Positions 1 to 12,489 of a DNA stretch of 64,000 nt are shown piece after piece. The notes under the pieces were generated by a model. That model saw only the letters and a list, made by a program, of their open reading frames with translations, was not told the DNA's origin and made no database searches. This DNA is from Podarcis melisellensis (taxonomy: Eukaryota), in NCBI GenBank assembly GCA_964234715.1, contig OZ174275.1, one strand, 5' to 3'. A program made the translations under genes and the position numbers. Position 1 is the first letter of the stretch. Each line of letters begins with the position of its first letter.

Positions 1-166
1 AAAAATCTCAAAGCAGTTTACAGCACACTAAAACATCAAATACAACAATCCAGAATAAAACAAATTCAAGCTTCAAGAAAAATATTTCGGATCCTCCTCT
101 AAGTGACATTTTGCATATTTATTTACCTACTTAATTTATATAGCTGCCCCATAGTAGAAGTACCCT

Positions 167-510
167 AGGTGCAATGGTTGGAATGTCGGACTAGGACCTG
201 GGAGATCAGGGTTCAAATCGCCACTCAATTGTAAAGCTCACTATGTAACCTTGGACCACTCACAGCCTCCTAACCTACCTCACCAGTTGGTTAGAGGATG
301 GTGCTGATAATACCAGAGTTGCAGGTTTGATCCCCATATGGGACCGCTGTTTATTCCTGCATTGCAGGGGGTTGGACTAGATTATTCTCAGGATCGCTTC
401 CAACTCTACAATTCTATGATTCTCACAGGGTTTTTGTAGGGATGAATTGATGAGAGGGGTGAATCATGTACTCCTTGGAGAAAAAGGTGGGATGTAAATG
501 CAATAAATAA
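167..510 (+). mobile_element. tRNA-derived SINE (Squam3-like) interrupted at about 284-422 by a second tRNA-derived SINE with a CR1-type ATTCTATG tail
   Basis: Two Pol III A/B-box heads (ggttcaaatc; ggtttgatccc); inner tail attctatgattct; ctcac repeated either side of the insert; outer AATAA tail. Family names are from memory. Confidence 0.6.
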
Positions 511-3500
511 GCTCTTTTGCTTACCTGCTTGAGAAAGCTGGAGAGGCCAACCAGATGGAGATGTCAGTCACCAACCTGGCATCTGGAGATCTCCACATGG
601 TCACAATTGGACCTGCACCAGTAACAAAATGCACCTGCTTAATTTCTAACACTGCTCAGCATGCAATAAAATTGCCTGAATGGACATGTGATAACATAAA
701 TTTTAGAATATCTCGGCGCTGCTGTGACTGGCATTAACATTTGTTAGTGGCACTAATAATTTTAACAGTACTACCCCATGAACTGTGGACAATCAGGCAG
801 TGGCCTTCTATCATATTTGTTTATGACATATTTGTTGGGCACTCTCCAGCTATTTTGCAACCTTTTTTATGTCTATTCATTTAGGCTTCTATAAAATTCT
901 TTAAAATAAATAAAATCCTAGCTTTTACACTGAAGTAGATTCTTATTATAAGCACACACATGGCCAAGTATTAAAGGGTAACTGGAAATAGTTACAACTA
1001 CTGTGGTCCATGGGAAGAATCTGTGGCTATTTGCTGAACTGGTTGCAAGAAAGTGGTGTTATAGATGCGACCAGTAATCATTATACCTCAAAATTAACTC
1101 TGTATGGGAAAGTGTCTGCAACTAGCACTTCGGTCATTCTGTGGTAACTTGACTACAGTGCAGTGTGTCAGGTAGAGTTATACCTTCTCTATTTTATTTC
1201 TCTGGATACAGATAATATCACCAGTATATTTTTCTTTACCCTATTTTTACCATGGTCATATTCATGGCTTCTTATGTAATCTTAGAGACCAGTGCAGCCA
1301 CTTGGCAACTAGTGTGAGCAGATTTGGGGCTCTTCTAGTTTCCTCTACTTTCCTGATCTCCTTAAAGTCATTTGGGCAGCACTTTATACATATGCAACTG
1401 CTTTGCATTAACTTTTTGAATGCCTACAAAGCTAGAAGCTATGGAAGATCATCTCCTTAAATTGCATCATTTGGTACATTATTAACATAGGGACTTACAT
1501 TTACAATTTGGTGTGTTTTTTCACATTACTCAATACCTTAACTAAACTGCACATTTTCTTTTCTGGCATGGCCCTAAGTAACACTATAGGACACTAGTGA
1601 GTTTGGGTCCTAGTCCTTTTTCAGGATGATGATTTTTCTTTCTTTCTACGTGTTGGTATGATTTGAGTCACTTTCTTCTTTGGCTAACCTTGAAGTATTT
1701 TGCTGCTGGCCAGTTCTTGGCTTGAGATCTCTGAAGATAGTGTATGTGAACTTAGCTAGCTTGCCACTTGCACTCTTGATCACACAGCTTAATAACTGTA
1801 GATGGGCTGACAACAAATATCATCGGTATCCCTCGAACTTGTTTTTCCTTTCCTTTTTAAAGTAGTAACTGTCTGGCAGATCCAAGTGATCTGTGTGTCT
1901 CCTACTTTGCCACCACAAAGTTCTGAACCTTGTAGTGTGACCTGTGTCAGAGGAAAAGATTGGACCACTCCTTGTTAGTCAAGCTCTTCCTCTAACAAGG
2001 TGACCTAAAGGGAACTATGACAGACAGAAATAAGTTCTTTGTGCTTTGGATTTGGGGTCCAGCCACACCCAGAGTGCCTGTTTACATCTGGCAGACAATT
2101 TCTGCGTCTGGAGCTGGGTGTAGGATCATTGCCAAACCTGTGTGACTGGAGACTGCCTTGACATTTGAAAGGTGGGGTTTCATTAATCATAGTTTGAGTT
2201 CAGTGTGCCACCGGAATTGCCTTTAAAAGGCATTGAGAACAAAAGGTATCAGTCAGTCCAGAAAAGAGGAAGAGGAAGCCAGAGAGGGCGTAAATGTGAT
2301 GTGCCTCAGAAATACTTTAAATGTATTTTAAAGCTGCTTCAAAAAGCTATCCGAAAAGCACACTGTGAAAACACTGCATTTCCCAACACACCATATTTTT
2401 CTGCGATCGGTCTTCATAATTAGAGAGGGATTAAATTAAACAGAAATGAGTCTTTTTCCTGAAGGAAAAAAATGACTTAAAAGTGTGAGATTTTAATGAT
2501 AAATTCAGGTGTGATACTTAAAAGCAGCATCTTCTGTTGCACTATATTTGACTTTAAATGGCATAGACCATTAGTGGTGTGGTGTCCATTCTGGTGAGGG
2601 ATAGGAAAGAAGGGTGGGGTTTGGGGGTGTTTTTTGACAAACGGTTCACTTCAAAGGGCCTAATGACAATGATCTTCTATTTTATGGTAGAGAATGGCTA
2701 TTGGGACTTATTGGATCTGGGTTGTAATAAGTGAGTCCTAGGTACATGGTGGGAGTTGAGGACTAGGGTAGCTGATCTTGCATGTGTCAAGGTGGTGGTG
2801 CTACTCTGGAAATATATTTTCTCCCATAAATCTTCTGAGCAGTCTTTGATAGAGTTGCAGCCGTGTTCACATCCTTCGGCTGCTTCTACTATGAAATTTG
2901 AATGGCATTCTATCACCATGGAGCTCCTACATAAAAATAATCCAGGTGTTGAAGTAAGTTTCTTCAATCAAGGACCTAGCTTTGGATTTTGAACGGCATT
3001 GAATTTTAAATGTTCAGCTGCGGTGCTATAGTGAAACAAAGTAGTCCTATCTTTTCTTTTTTACTATGAACAGATAAGGTGATATTCCATGTTTCCTGCA
3101 GTGCTTTGGCAATTGCACTTGAAGTCTCTCTGTAGTGCAGTCCCCAGAAATTCTTGTTACTGGGAATGGTCTTCTGACTCCCATCCTTAGCAAATCATGG
3201 AGCATATTTTGAAATCTTAGTGCTCTCTTTGGGGACAGATAATCTCTAGTCCAGGAGGTGTCACAAAAGTCTTTCTGAACAATCATGTGCAGATGAGTTT
3301 GATCAAGGAACTTGCTGCAGGGCAAAAGCCCACCCTCCTCTTTACTAATCATACTTGTTTTGTGTGCTTGCTCTGGACTTGAACAGCCTTGAATGCTCCT
3401 TTTGCTGACCCTTTGTTTCTTTCCCTCTCTTAGCAGAGTTTTGATTCAAAAGAGCATTCCTTTTTGTTCTGTCACAGTAATCTAGGGGGCTGGTGTTCAG

Positions 3501-3574
3501 CGGCAGCCACATGCCTTGTTGCCCATTGGGACAGTGATGATTCTAATACTTGTTCTCTGTTTTGTCTGTCCTAG

Positions 3575-3682
3575 GCTGACAAACGTGCTCACCACAATGC
3601 ACTGGAGCGCAAACGTAGGGACCACATAAAGGACAGTTTCCACAGCCTGCGGGACTCTGTGCCATCACTTCAGGGAGAGAAG
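3575..3682 (+). CDS. MAX: MAX coding exon (basic region and helix 1; human exon 3 equivalent), 108 nt
   Basis: ctag|GCTGAC...GAGAAG|gtgag; encodes [36 protein letters not shown]. Confidence 0.98.
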
Positions 3683-6600
3683 GTGAGTTTATTGAGAGAA
3701 GTGATGATCTTCCCCTGGGTTCTGTCTGTTAATCACAAAAGAATTGCATCCCAGTCCCATTTTGCCTTAAGTTTCTGAGCAGGAAGGAGCCAGTGCCAAT
3801 ACAGTTTAGAAGGTACTTCTGCGAAGGTCCCAAAGAATTTGCATATAGAAATGTTTCTGCTGCTTCAGAAAGCTAATAGTAAAATGAAGATGAAATATTG
3901 TTGTGAGAAGTAACTTACCCTTCCATCAAGCGTTTCTAAATAATGGAAAGTCTTTTACCACGTGGCTTCACAGGCCTGAAGAGAGATGGTGCTTCTTCCT
4001 GATCCATCCAGCTCTTCCTTGATGAGGGTGATATAGGAACATTTCATTGGATCTCAGCTTGTGATTAGTCATCTGTGTTTGCTTTACCCGCATTGAAAAT
4101 TTGCTTTTGTTGTAGGGGTGTTTTCAGTTATTTGCCATGAGCACATGACCGCCCCTCAATTTGCACTTAGAAATATTGGCATGTAGAATTTCAGTTTAGG
4201 CTTGTGGCAAACAGTTGAGACGGGTATCCTTCAGTCTTGAGAAGGAGCAAACACCCATGAGTAGAGTTTATGTGTGAATTTGCCCTAGGTGTGCAGAGAA
4301 GGTGTGAAGGTTGACTTCCTTGCCTTTCTTCTCTATACTTGCAGGTAATGAATAAATAATACTAGCAGATAACTTTTAGCTTTCCTTAGTGCTAAAGTGG
4401 CTGTTCTAAAAAGGAATGAGGAAATTGTGCTCTGTTAATCACCAGTGGTTACAATACCTGCAGGGTTTTCTGCAGAAGCTCAGTACAAGGTACTGAGCTT
4501 GATAGGCAACATTTTTTATGCGCAGTCACCTCTGATGACACTGTCCTAGACATTGTCAAGACACACCCACTTAGTACTCAGGTCATGTAGGCAAAGCTGC
4601 CAGAACTCAGGTTTTTATTAATGCTGTGGTATAGTCTGTTTTTATGGTATTTTATTATTTTCCTGTAGTATCCAACTTAACTTTTACTTGGAGGAGACCC
4701 ACTGAAATTAATTGGTCTACATTGGTTGTTAGGGCTGGGCGATTTATCGATACATTGTCCAAAATTGGTTGGCAGTCCACATTATGTTAAAAGTTTCATA
4801 ATATTGGTCTTGGCAATATATCACAAATCACGATGCATGTGCGTGCTATGTAAAAAAATGTGATGTGGGGGAAATTGTGAAGCCTGTCATTGCTTCTCTT
4901 ATGAGGTCTGCCGCCCCTTGTTGCTTTGTACTATAAAATAACAGTTGCAATAGTATGTTAAAGGTAACTAAATGTATCCGTTAGTAGCAGTTCCCAGGAC
5001 ACTACCCCGTTCACTTCTACATAGTTTCATCCGTATTTCAGACATTGTGATATATTGGGGTATCACAGGGGTCAGCAATCATTTTCAGCAGACCTTCCCT
5101 CAGACCTTGTGGGGGGCCGGACTATATTTTTTGGGGGGAAATGAACTAATTCCTATGCCCCACAAATAACCCAGAGATGCATTTTAAATAAAAGCATGCA
5201 TTCTACTAATGTAAAAACACCAGTCAGGCCCCACAAATAACTCAGATTCATTTTAAATTAAAGGGCACATTCTACTCATGTAAAAGCATGCTGATTCCCG
5301 GACCATCCACAGGCTGGATTTAGAAGGCGATTGGGCCGGATCCGGACCCCGGGCCTTAGTTTGTCTACCCATGGTGTATAGCAATGCTTAATCAGACATC
5401 TCTCAGCCCTATTGGTCATGTTCGTGAATTTCAGTGGGTTTACTCTTAAGTATGACTAATGTTGGATACATTTCTGTATTTAATGTGTTACTCTATAAGG
5501 CTATGCACACACTGTAAATTTAAAGTACAGGGTTCCCCGCCCAATTGCTGGGAACTGTAGTTTACACCACCACCACCCCAGAGTTACAATTCCCAGCACC
5601 CTTAACAAACTACAGTTGCCAGCATTCTTTGGGGATTCAAAGTCATGTGGCTTCAAATGTATGACATGTATACAGCCTAAATTGTTGTGACATTGACTCA
5701 TAAAAGTGGCCTATAAATGTTTCTAAATAATAAATAAATGAATGTTAGTTAAAATATGTGGCCTGCTTTTCTGCTTTTTGAATTCTCCTTTGAGGTTAGT
5801 GCAAGCTTCTGAGTAAAGCGCCTGGAATTTTATGCCCTGTTTGGGGAGATTGATTGGCAGGGTTTCTTTATGGTGATGTCAACTCCATTGGAGTTCAAAA
5901 TATTTGAAAGCCATTATGCTTATATTGTTCTGCGTATCTGGGATGCAGTGACAGCATGGGGTCAACACCAGTTTCTGTTTAATACATAAAAATGACGTAA
6001 ACCTATTGTTGCACCCTAGCACTGGTATTTAGTTACAATTTATTTGATGAACATCTGACTGCATTTTCTAATGCACATCCGCATTCTAGTACAAAGCCTA
6101 CTAAACATTTGGGGTTTGAGTTTATTTGCAAATTCTATAAACTGTTGAAGGGAATATCTCTCACACTGTACATATGTTGGAACCTATACTGTTGACCACA
6201 ATAGGATTCTTCTTTCAAGCCTATTTCCAGTGTGGGAAGGGGGGAAACAAAGGAGCCCTGTGGGTGTCTAGTGTAACTATTTGGGCATAAATAATCATTT
6301 TAAGGCCTGGTTAGATTTCAGTAAGGGCTAATGGTCTGCCTGCCAGCTTAACCCAACCTCTAAAAGTAAGTCTAGCTTGGGGTCCTACATTGCTTTTGAT
6401 AAACTGTTCAGGGTTTAACATTATGGATTTCTGTCTGCACCTTTGCTGTTTCAACTTGACACACAGATATAATTTAAAAAGGTCCCACCACTGATCAAAG
6501 AAGGAGCAGAGGAGTTGACTGTCTCTAGCTGAGGACAGCCTACTATGTTGAACCTGAAGCCTAGCTTTTGGCAAGCTTCTGTTTTCAAGAGCAGAAAAGC

Positions 6601-9600
6601 TCTTGCTGCTAATAAGGCAAGGCTCTGAAACTTTGCATTAAAATGAATAACCCTCAAATCCATATTCTGTGGCTGGGAGCCTGTCTGTGTTTAAATCTTT
6701 CTTTATTCCAGTGGGAGGATACTTCACTGGAATGCAATTTGATGAAAACCTGTATTACACTTCTATTCATTTATTTTTTAGAAAGCAAAAAAGCAGATTA
6801 CTGTAGAAGATGTAAGCAATTCAAGTTTAATAGACAATCTGGAAGCAAACAGGAGATTCAGCAACCAGGTTAGCTGAAAACCAGCTATGAACTAAGTGAA
6901 AATATGCCACTGCTGTATAAGCTTGTGGCAAATTGCCTCCAAAACGCTAAGAGCAATCAAATAAACAATAATGGGAGCTTATTGTCTCCCAGGTTAGAAT
7001 TCATAAACACCAATAGCAGAATATGCTTTTCATGTTGACAACTGGAGTTCATTAGAAAGAAATGAGAAAATGGCACATGCAGTGTCCCGTCCCCCCAATG
7101 TTGAGAATTAAAAAGTAAATTGCATTAAAATTTGTACTGTGTAGCAATAATAATAAATAACATTTACATATTGCTTTCAAGTGTTTAAAGCACTTCATAT
7201 GCATTATCAAAATTTCATATTTACAACAGTTGGTATGTCCCCCACCACCCAACCCCACCTCTGCAATACGGGGGATGAGACAGAGACACATAGTGAAAGT
7301 CAAACCAAGATCTTCTGACTGGCTTGGAGAGTGGCATTTTTGCAAGCAAAATTAACTTAGTAGGGCAGGCTGGACAATGAAGAAATGTTTCCTTATACTG
7401 GGACCATGAACCATAAAGTACCAAGTTGATGCATGCAGGTGCTGGGGGAAGTAGAGTCACTTGGATTAATTACTAAAAGTGACATATTTGCTGCTGTTTC
7501 TCATTTGCTAATTGTAGAGACTGTCTTGCCCAACCTTAATTGCATTCAGAAGAAATGCTGCAGCCATCAATAGAAGAAGAAATGGGCAAATTCCAGTAAA
7601 AAAAGGTATTTCCAAGTCCCATTAACTTTAATGAGAGGGTTAAGGACACACTTAACTTGTCCACCAAACTCAGTGGGACATAACTTTTGCCAGGTTATAC
7701 ACAGTGTCAGGAAATATTAAGAAAGAAAATGATAGATGTGGGTCTATATATGCTGCACATTTTATGGTACATTCATGTACGACCAAATGTTCCTGGAGCA
7801 CTGGTAGAGAGGGACAGTACATTTAGTGGCAGGATGAGAACATAGTGAAGCTGGGCAAGATCTACATATAAGCAGGGTTGTTCACAGAACTCACACGATG
7901 AAAGTTCCAGAGGGGAATTAGTTTGACAGTGACAAGTACCAGGTTTAATTCTGAAAAGTAGACTATAGCTAAATTGACAACAAAGTTATGTGGACAGTAT
8001 AGAACTAGTGGTTTTTGTTTTGGCATACAACACTGTCCAGCCACGATGGCAATGTAGAATACTTTCAACCTTTTAGAACAGATCCTTTTTAAAACTGAGA
8101 AAGGATGTTGGCATTGTTACCACATCAGAAATGAAACCTTTTTTTAAAAAAAACAAAAAACCACAGAGCTTATGCCTGCCTAACTATGTTTCTCTGTGAT
8201 TGCATTATTCTTTAGCTTAGAGCTGTGTGTTCCTGTTATAAAAACCAGAAGAAAATGTTAAAAACAGGAATATCTGTTGGCAAATACAAAGTGACTATTC
8301 AAAAATTAAATACAAATATGTGTATTATTGCCTCTTGTTTGCCATCTTATTGCACCACCACAAATATCCTCCTCCTTTAAATGTTTGCAATTTGAAAATG
8401 AAACTAAAACCTAACTGCATATCAGCATTGTTTTTGTGTTATGCAGCTGTTTAGCTAACAATGATGCTTTAAAATAGGCCTGCTTTGTGTTTTCTTTCTT
8501 TAATAAACAGTTTTTTACAGGTGATGGGGGTGTGCTTTGCCAGCCTTGCTGCTTCCATTTAGGAGCAGTGTGAAGCTACTGAATACGTAACCGAGCTCAA
8601 GTATTGCTGTCCAGATCTGTAGACCACTTAGAGGTTATTACGATTAAGTAGTATACAAATCTCGTAAAATAGATGCAACTTTCTGTGCAAGGGACCCCGG
8701 CCCTCTAAAATCTGTCATAGCTGCTTATTCAGGTTTGAGCTTCACATATTTTAATGAGAGCCAGGATGTCTTTCATAAAACATCTTCAGATAAAGCACAC
8801 ATGATATAATTTTAGTCCTGCTTACAAGGGGAAATTGAAGCCCATCAAAACAAAGCAGTTCCAACCAGTCCTTTGGACAGTACAGCCTGCCTCCTTGACC
8901 TTCCATAGAGCAGGTTTGTCTGATCCAGCAGCATCCAGTAATGGAGAGAGCCTTCCCTCAAAAATGCCTTCAGACTAGGTTCTCCTTCCTTCCTTTTCTT
9001 TCCAGTCTGCAGTTGAAGCCATCAGCAGCCCTTTTTCTTATTTCTCATCCCACTTGAGTCTTCTAATCGGTAACTTCAGTATAAATATGAGTACTGCATT
9101 AAAAATATACATGCATATATAGTCTACAAGCAGCTTTGAAAAACTTTCCAAGAACATTTTACGAACCTGAGTTCTTATGAGAGCAGGTAAGCAATTGCCT
9201 TGTATCGCTTCAGGCTGCTGCTGAGTTAGATGGCCAGCATTTTGCAGTCCCAGTTGCTGAGCGAAAACGTAAGCCAGGAGAAGTATAGGTGCAGCAGAGC
9301 ACTGCGTTATTGTTTTAGGATGGTATCCAGTGGTGTCCATACAAGAGTAGAGAGGACTTTTGCTCATGCAATGGGCCTTCCCGTTCCTGTTCCTCTCCTT
9401 CCACCTACATGCCCCAAAATCTTCTTTGGGGGCTGGGGGAGGACCCTCTAGATCCATTCAGAGGATGGAGGACAAGGGGTCCCACAATGTGAGCAAAGAT
9501 TTGGTAGCACAGTGTTGAATTTTGCTGTTAAGTGATCTGAGTGTCTGTTTTGATGGTCAGGGAACATTATGCTCAAATGCCAATAATATGGGAATAATTT

Positions 9601-11137
9601 GCATGTTGCTTTATCTCTATGGAGGAAAACAGCAGATTGTTCTGTGGATACTGAATAGCAGTTGGAAGACTCTACTTTGCTGAAAGAGTTCTTGTGAGCA
9701 GAAGGATTTGTTTGCAGAATTGCTGGCATGGGGAATGATCCAAGTCTATAGCTCCCTGTAGGAGTTTCATTGATTGCTCCATCTGCTGTTACTTTAGTAC
9801 TGGGAACAGGTGTCATTAGTACAATTGATTCAGGAGCTCAGTATAGTGGGTTTGGAAAACAGTTCACATATTCTGAGTCTCAAAGTTGCTTTCTCTAGTG
9901 CTGAACTTTTTGCAAGTATTACATGGACTTCAAGATTGAACCTAAGTCAAATGTGGACTGGGTTGAGGAATCAGTTTTCTAGCCTCCCTGCAGAAGGGAA
10001 TATCAGACTTGCTGCCTTCGTGAACTAGGACTTTATCTGGTGTGTGTTTTTTCCTACTATTGCAACAGGCATCCCGGGCCCAAATCCTAGATAAAGCCAC
10101 AGAGTACATCCAGTACATGCGTCGGAAAAACCACACACACCAGCAGGACATTGATGACTTAAAGCGCCAGAACGCCCTGCTGGAGCAGCAAGGTGAGTGA
10201 GGCTGCGTTAGGGCACTCCATATGCCATCTTATGAGTAAGGATACTGTGCCACCTCTCAACAAAACCCTCTGCTATCCGTGTTTCTCTGCCAGGGAAGCT
10301 CCCCCAACCTGGTGCCTTCAATATGTCTTGGTCTACAACTCCCAGCCGTCATATCTTTGCTGGCTGGGGCTGATGGGAGTTAGTCCAAGAAGCCTGAAGG
10401 AAACCAAGTTGGGGGAGACTGCTGTAAGGTGTCCAGTGATCAGGAACCCATGAAGTAAGGCTGTGGTTGGAGTGAGAAGATCCAAAGTTTTGCACATTGG
10501 CAATGAAGCCATTGAATACAGTCATTCAAAACAGCCCAAGGATTGGGGTTTGCTCTGAGGAATCTTTCTCCCTTGCCTAAGATATACAGTGGTGCCCCGC
10601 AAGACGAACGCCTCGCAAGACGAAAAACCCGCTAGACGAAAGGGTTTTCCGTTTTGGAGGCGCTTCGTAAAACGAATTCCCCTATGGGGTTGCTTCGCAA
10701 GACGAAAAAAATCTTGCATCCCCCGCGGGTTTTTTTCGCTTTTTTCGCCCTTTTCTTAAGCCGCTAAGCCGCTTATCAGCTGTTCCGCTGATAAGCCGCT
10801 TAACAGCTGATCGCTGGAAGCCGCTTGACAGCTGTAGCGCTAATCCGCTAAGCTGTCAATGGGCTTGCTTCGCAAGACGAAAAAACCGCTATACGAAGAG
10901 CCTCACGGAACGGATTAATTTCGTCTTGCGAGGCACCACTGTACAGTTTATGCCAGGATGGTGATTATGGTGGGATTGTTTGATGGAACAGTGTAAGTGA
11001 GTGGCATGTTCCTGTTTTGAAGCATACAAAGTTTTCTCAAGCCGAATAATTACGACATATTTAAAGCTCGTAAGTTGCTGCTCACAAGGGAGGACTAATG
11101 GTTGCCATTAGGCAGAAGTAACAAGTTTCACAGTGCT

Positions 11138-11188
<51 letters not shown>

Positions 11189-12489
11189 CGTGCATGCGTG
11201 CATACATACACACACACACACACAGGATTTATCAAACCTTAAAGCCCAGCTTCACTGCACCTCTGCTTCTGACACCGGGAACAGGGGGCATAAAACAACC
11301 CAATAATAGTTAATTGCAAAGGTGTATTGATGGAAGATTAATAGTCTAGCACTGAACTACACTGGTTCATTTCGGAGTGCAGCAGGCATTTGTTAGATTT
11401 TTTTTTTACTCCACCTCCTGTTCCAAATGGAAACACAAGGCAGCTTACATAACTAAAACTAAATATACAATCAAAATTCAGTTATGGAAACAGTTGAGTA
11501 AGAGAGCAACAGACAAACAATTAAAGAGCCAGTGAACCAACAGCCATTGCTAATTTGCAGGCAAGTTGAAAGCTTGCTAAAAAAATGAATGTTTTTGATG
11601 GGCAGCAGAATAATTTAAAAAATGGAACCGAACTTCCCAAGACAGAGATATCTACATTCTGGGTGTAACCAGAAGGCTCTCTCTTGTGCATTGATGACTT
11701 AAAGTGCCAGAATGTCCTGACTAGGACACACATATGGGCCATGGGCTGAGCTGTCAACAGTATGGCAAAAACTGGAATTACTATACATGGCTAACTTAGA
11801 TCCATTAATTTCAGTGGATTTACTCTGAGTAGAACTTAGTTGGGTTCAGTCCTATGATACAAACAGAAAAGAGAGGAAGAACACATATGAATTTCCCCAT
11901 AATGCAATTAACATACTTTCACTAATCTTTCTGAAAAAATATAATTTATTTCACATAATATTCCCCAAACTTATGACTTTTTTTTTAATCAGACCTTAGG
12001 AAAAAGTGGTATAGTTCCAAAACTTTCTCAATCTTCCCCCAGTTTGGGCCTTAACATCTTTAGAGGTACCAATCTTAGTTACAGAACTGAAAGTTATTTG
12101 GGAATCTTTCTTTTTAATTTTGATTTTAAGAATTGTGTTTATACTACCTTAACTACATTTAGTTTTTTAAAAGCAGAGTATGCCAGTCAATAACATTCTG
12201 TCAGCCAAGCGTTAAGATCACCAACATGAGAGCATGTTCATGTTATGTGCAACGCCTACTTTTCCCCAGCCTATTTCCATATGCTTGTTCTTGCCTTTTA
12301 GTTCGTGCCCTGGAGAAGGCAAGGTCAAGTGCTCAGCTGCAGGCCAACTATTCCTCTTCAGACAACAGCCTCTACACCAATCCCAAGGGCAGTACCATCT
12401 CCGCCTTTGATGGAGGCTCCGACTCCAGTTCAGAGTCTGAGCTGGAAGAGCCACAGAGCCGGAAGAAGCTTCGTATGGAGGCCAGCTAG
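3575..12489 (+). CDS. MAX: MYC-associated factor X (bHLH-ZIP), partial gene: last three coding exons join(3575..3682,10069..10192,12302..12489); 5' exons not found in window
   Basis: Spliced translation [139 protein letters not shown] closely matches vertebrate Max as I recall it; canonical splice sites; synteny with FNTB and RAB15. Confidence 0.99.
4668..5469. mobile_element. Triple-nested MITEs: palindromic MITE (4668-5469) containing a hAT-type element (4730-5411) containing a second hAT-type element (5066-5373)
   Basis: Terminal inverted repeats gtatccaac/gttggatac, tagggctgggcgat/atctctcagcccta and caggggtcagcaa/tttgtctacccatg; 8-bp TSD ttggttgt/ttggtcat around the middle element. Confidence 0.7.
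5498..5678. mobile_element. Short MITE (aggct...agcct termini); related copy at about 33836-34003
   Basis: Imperfect TIRs and shared internal ctgggaactgtagt / tacaattcccagcac / actacag...gattctttgggg segments. Confidence 0.55.
10069..10192 (+). CDS. MAX: MAX coding exon (helix 2 and leucine zipper; exon 4 equivalent), 124 nt
   Basis: acag|GCATCC...CAGCAAG|gtgag; encodes [41 protein letters not shown]. Confidence 0.98.
10587..10941. mobile_element. pogo/Tigger-type (Tc1/mariner superfamily) MITE
   Basis: TIR cagtggtgccccgcaagacgaa / ttcgtcttgcgaggcaccactg; TA TSD; internal aagccgct repeats; CpG-rich, so young. Confidence 0.9.
11140..11224. repeat. (TG)22, then mixed RY, then (CA)n compound microsatellite
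   Basis: Read directly; 85 bp of unbroken purine/pyrimidine alternation. Confidence 0.95.
12302..12489 (+). CDS. MAX: MAX terminal coding exon (acidic region, NLS RKKLR, stop TAG)
   Basis: ttttag|TTCGTGCC...GCCAGCTAG; phase matches the G left by the previous exon. Confidence 0.98.

Noticed and set aside
167-430. tRNA genes suggested by A/B-box motifs
   Set aside because: They are SINE heads continuing into LINE-derived tails; no cloverleaf.
1-3574. MAX exons 1-2 (MSDNDDIEVESD / EEQPRFQSA)
   Set aside because: Neither sequence nor a CpG island was found here; they presumably lie upstream of the window.
3701-3778. GTGATGA...CTGA spacing reminiscent of a C/D-box snoRNA in a MAX intron
   Set aside because: No terminal stem, no recognisable rRNA antisense element, and only 18 nt from the splice donor; likely chance.
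10750-10860. Regularly spaced aagccgct repeats (CRISPR-like appearance)
   Set aside because: Internal short repeats of a Tigger-like MITE, also present in the copy at 27918-28228; eukaryotic context with no cas genes.
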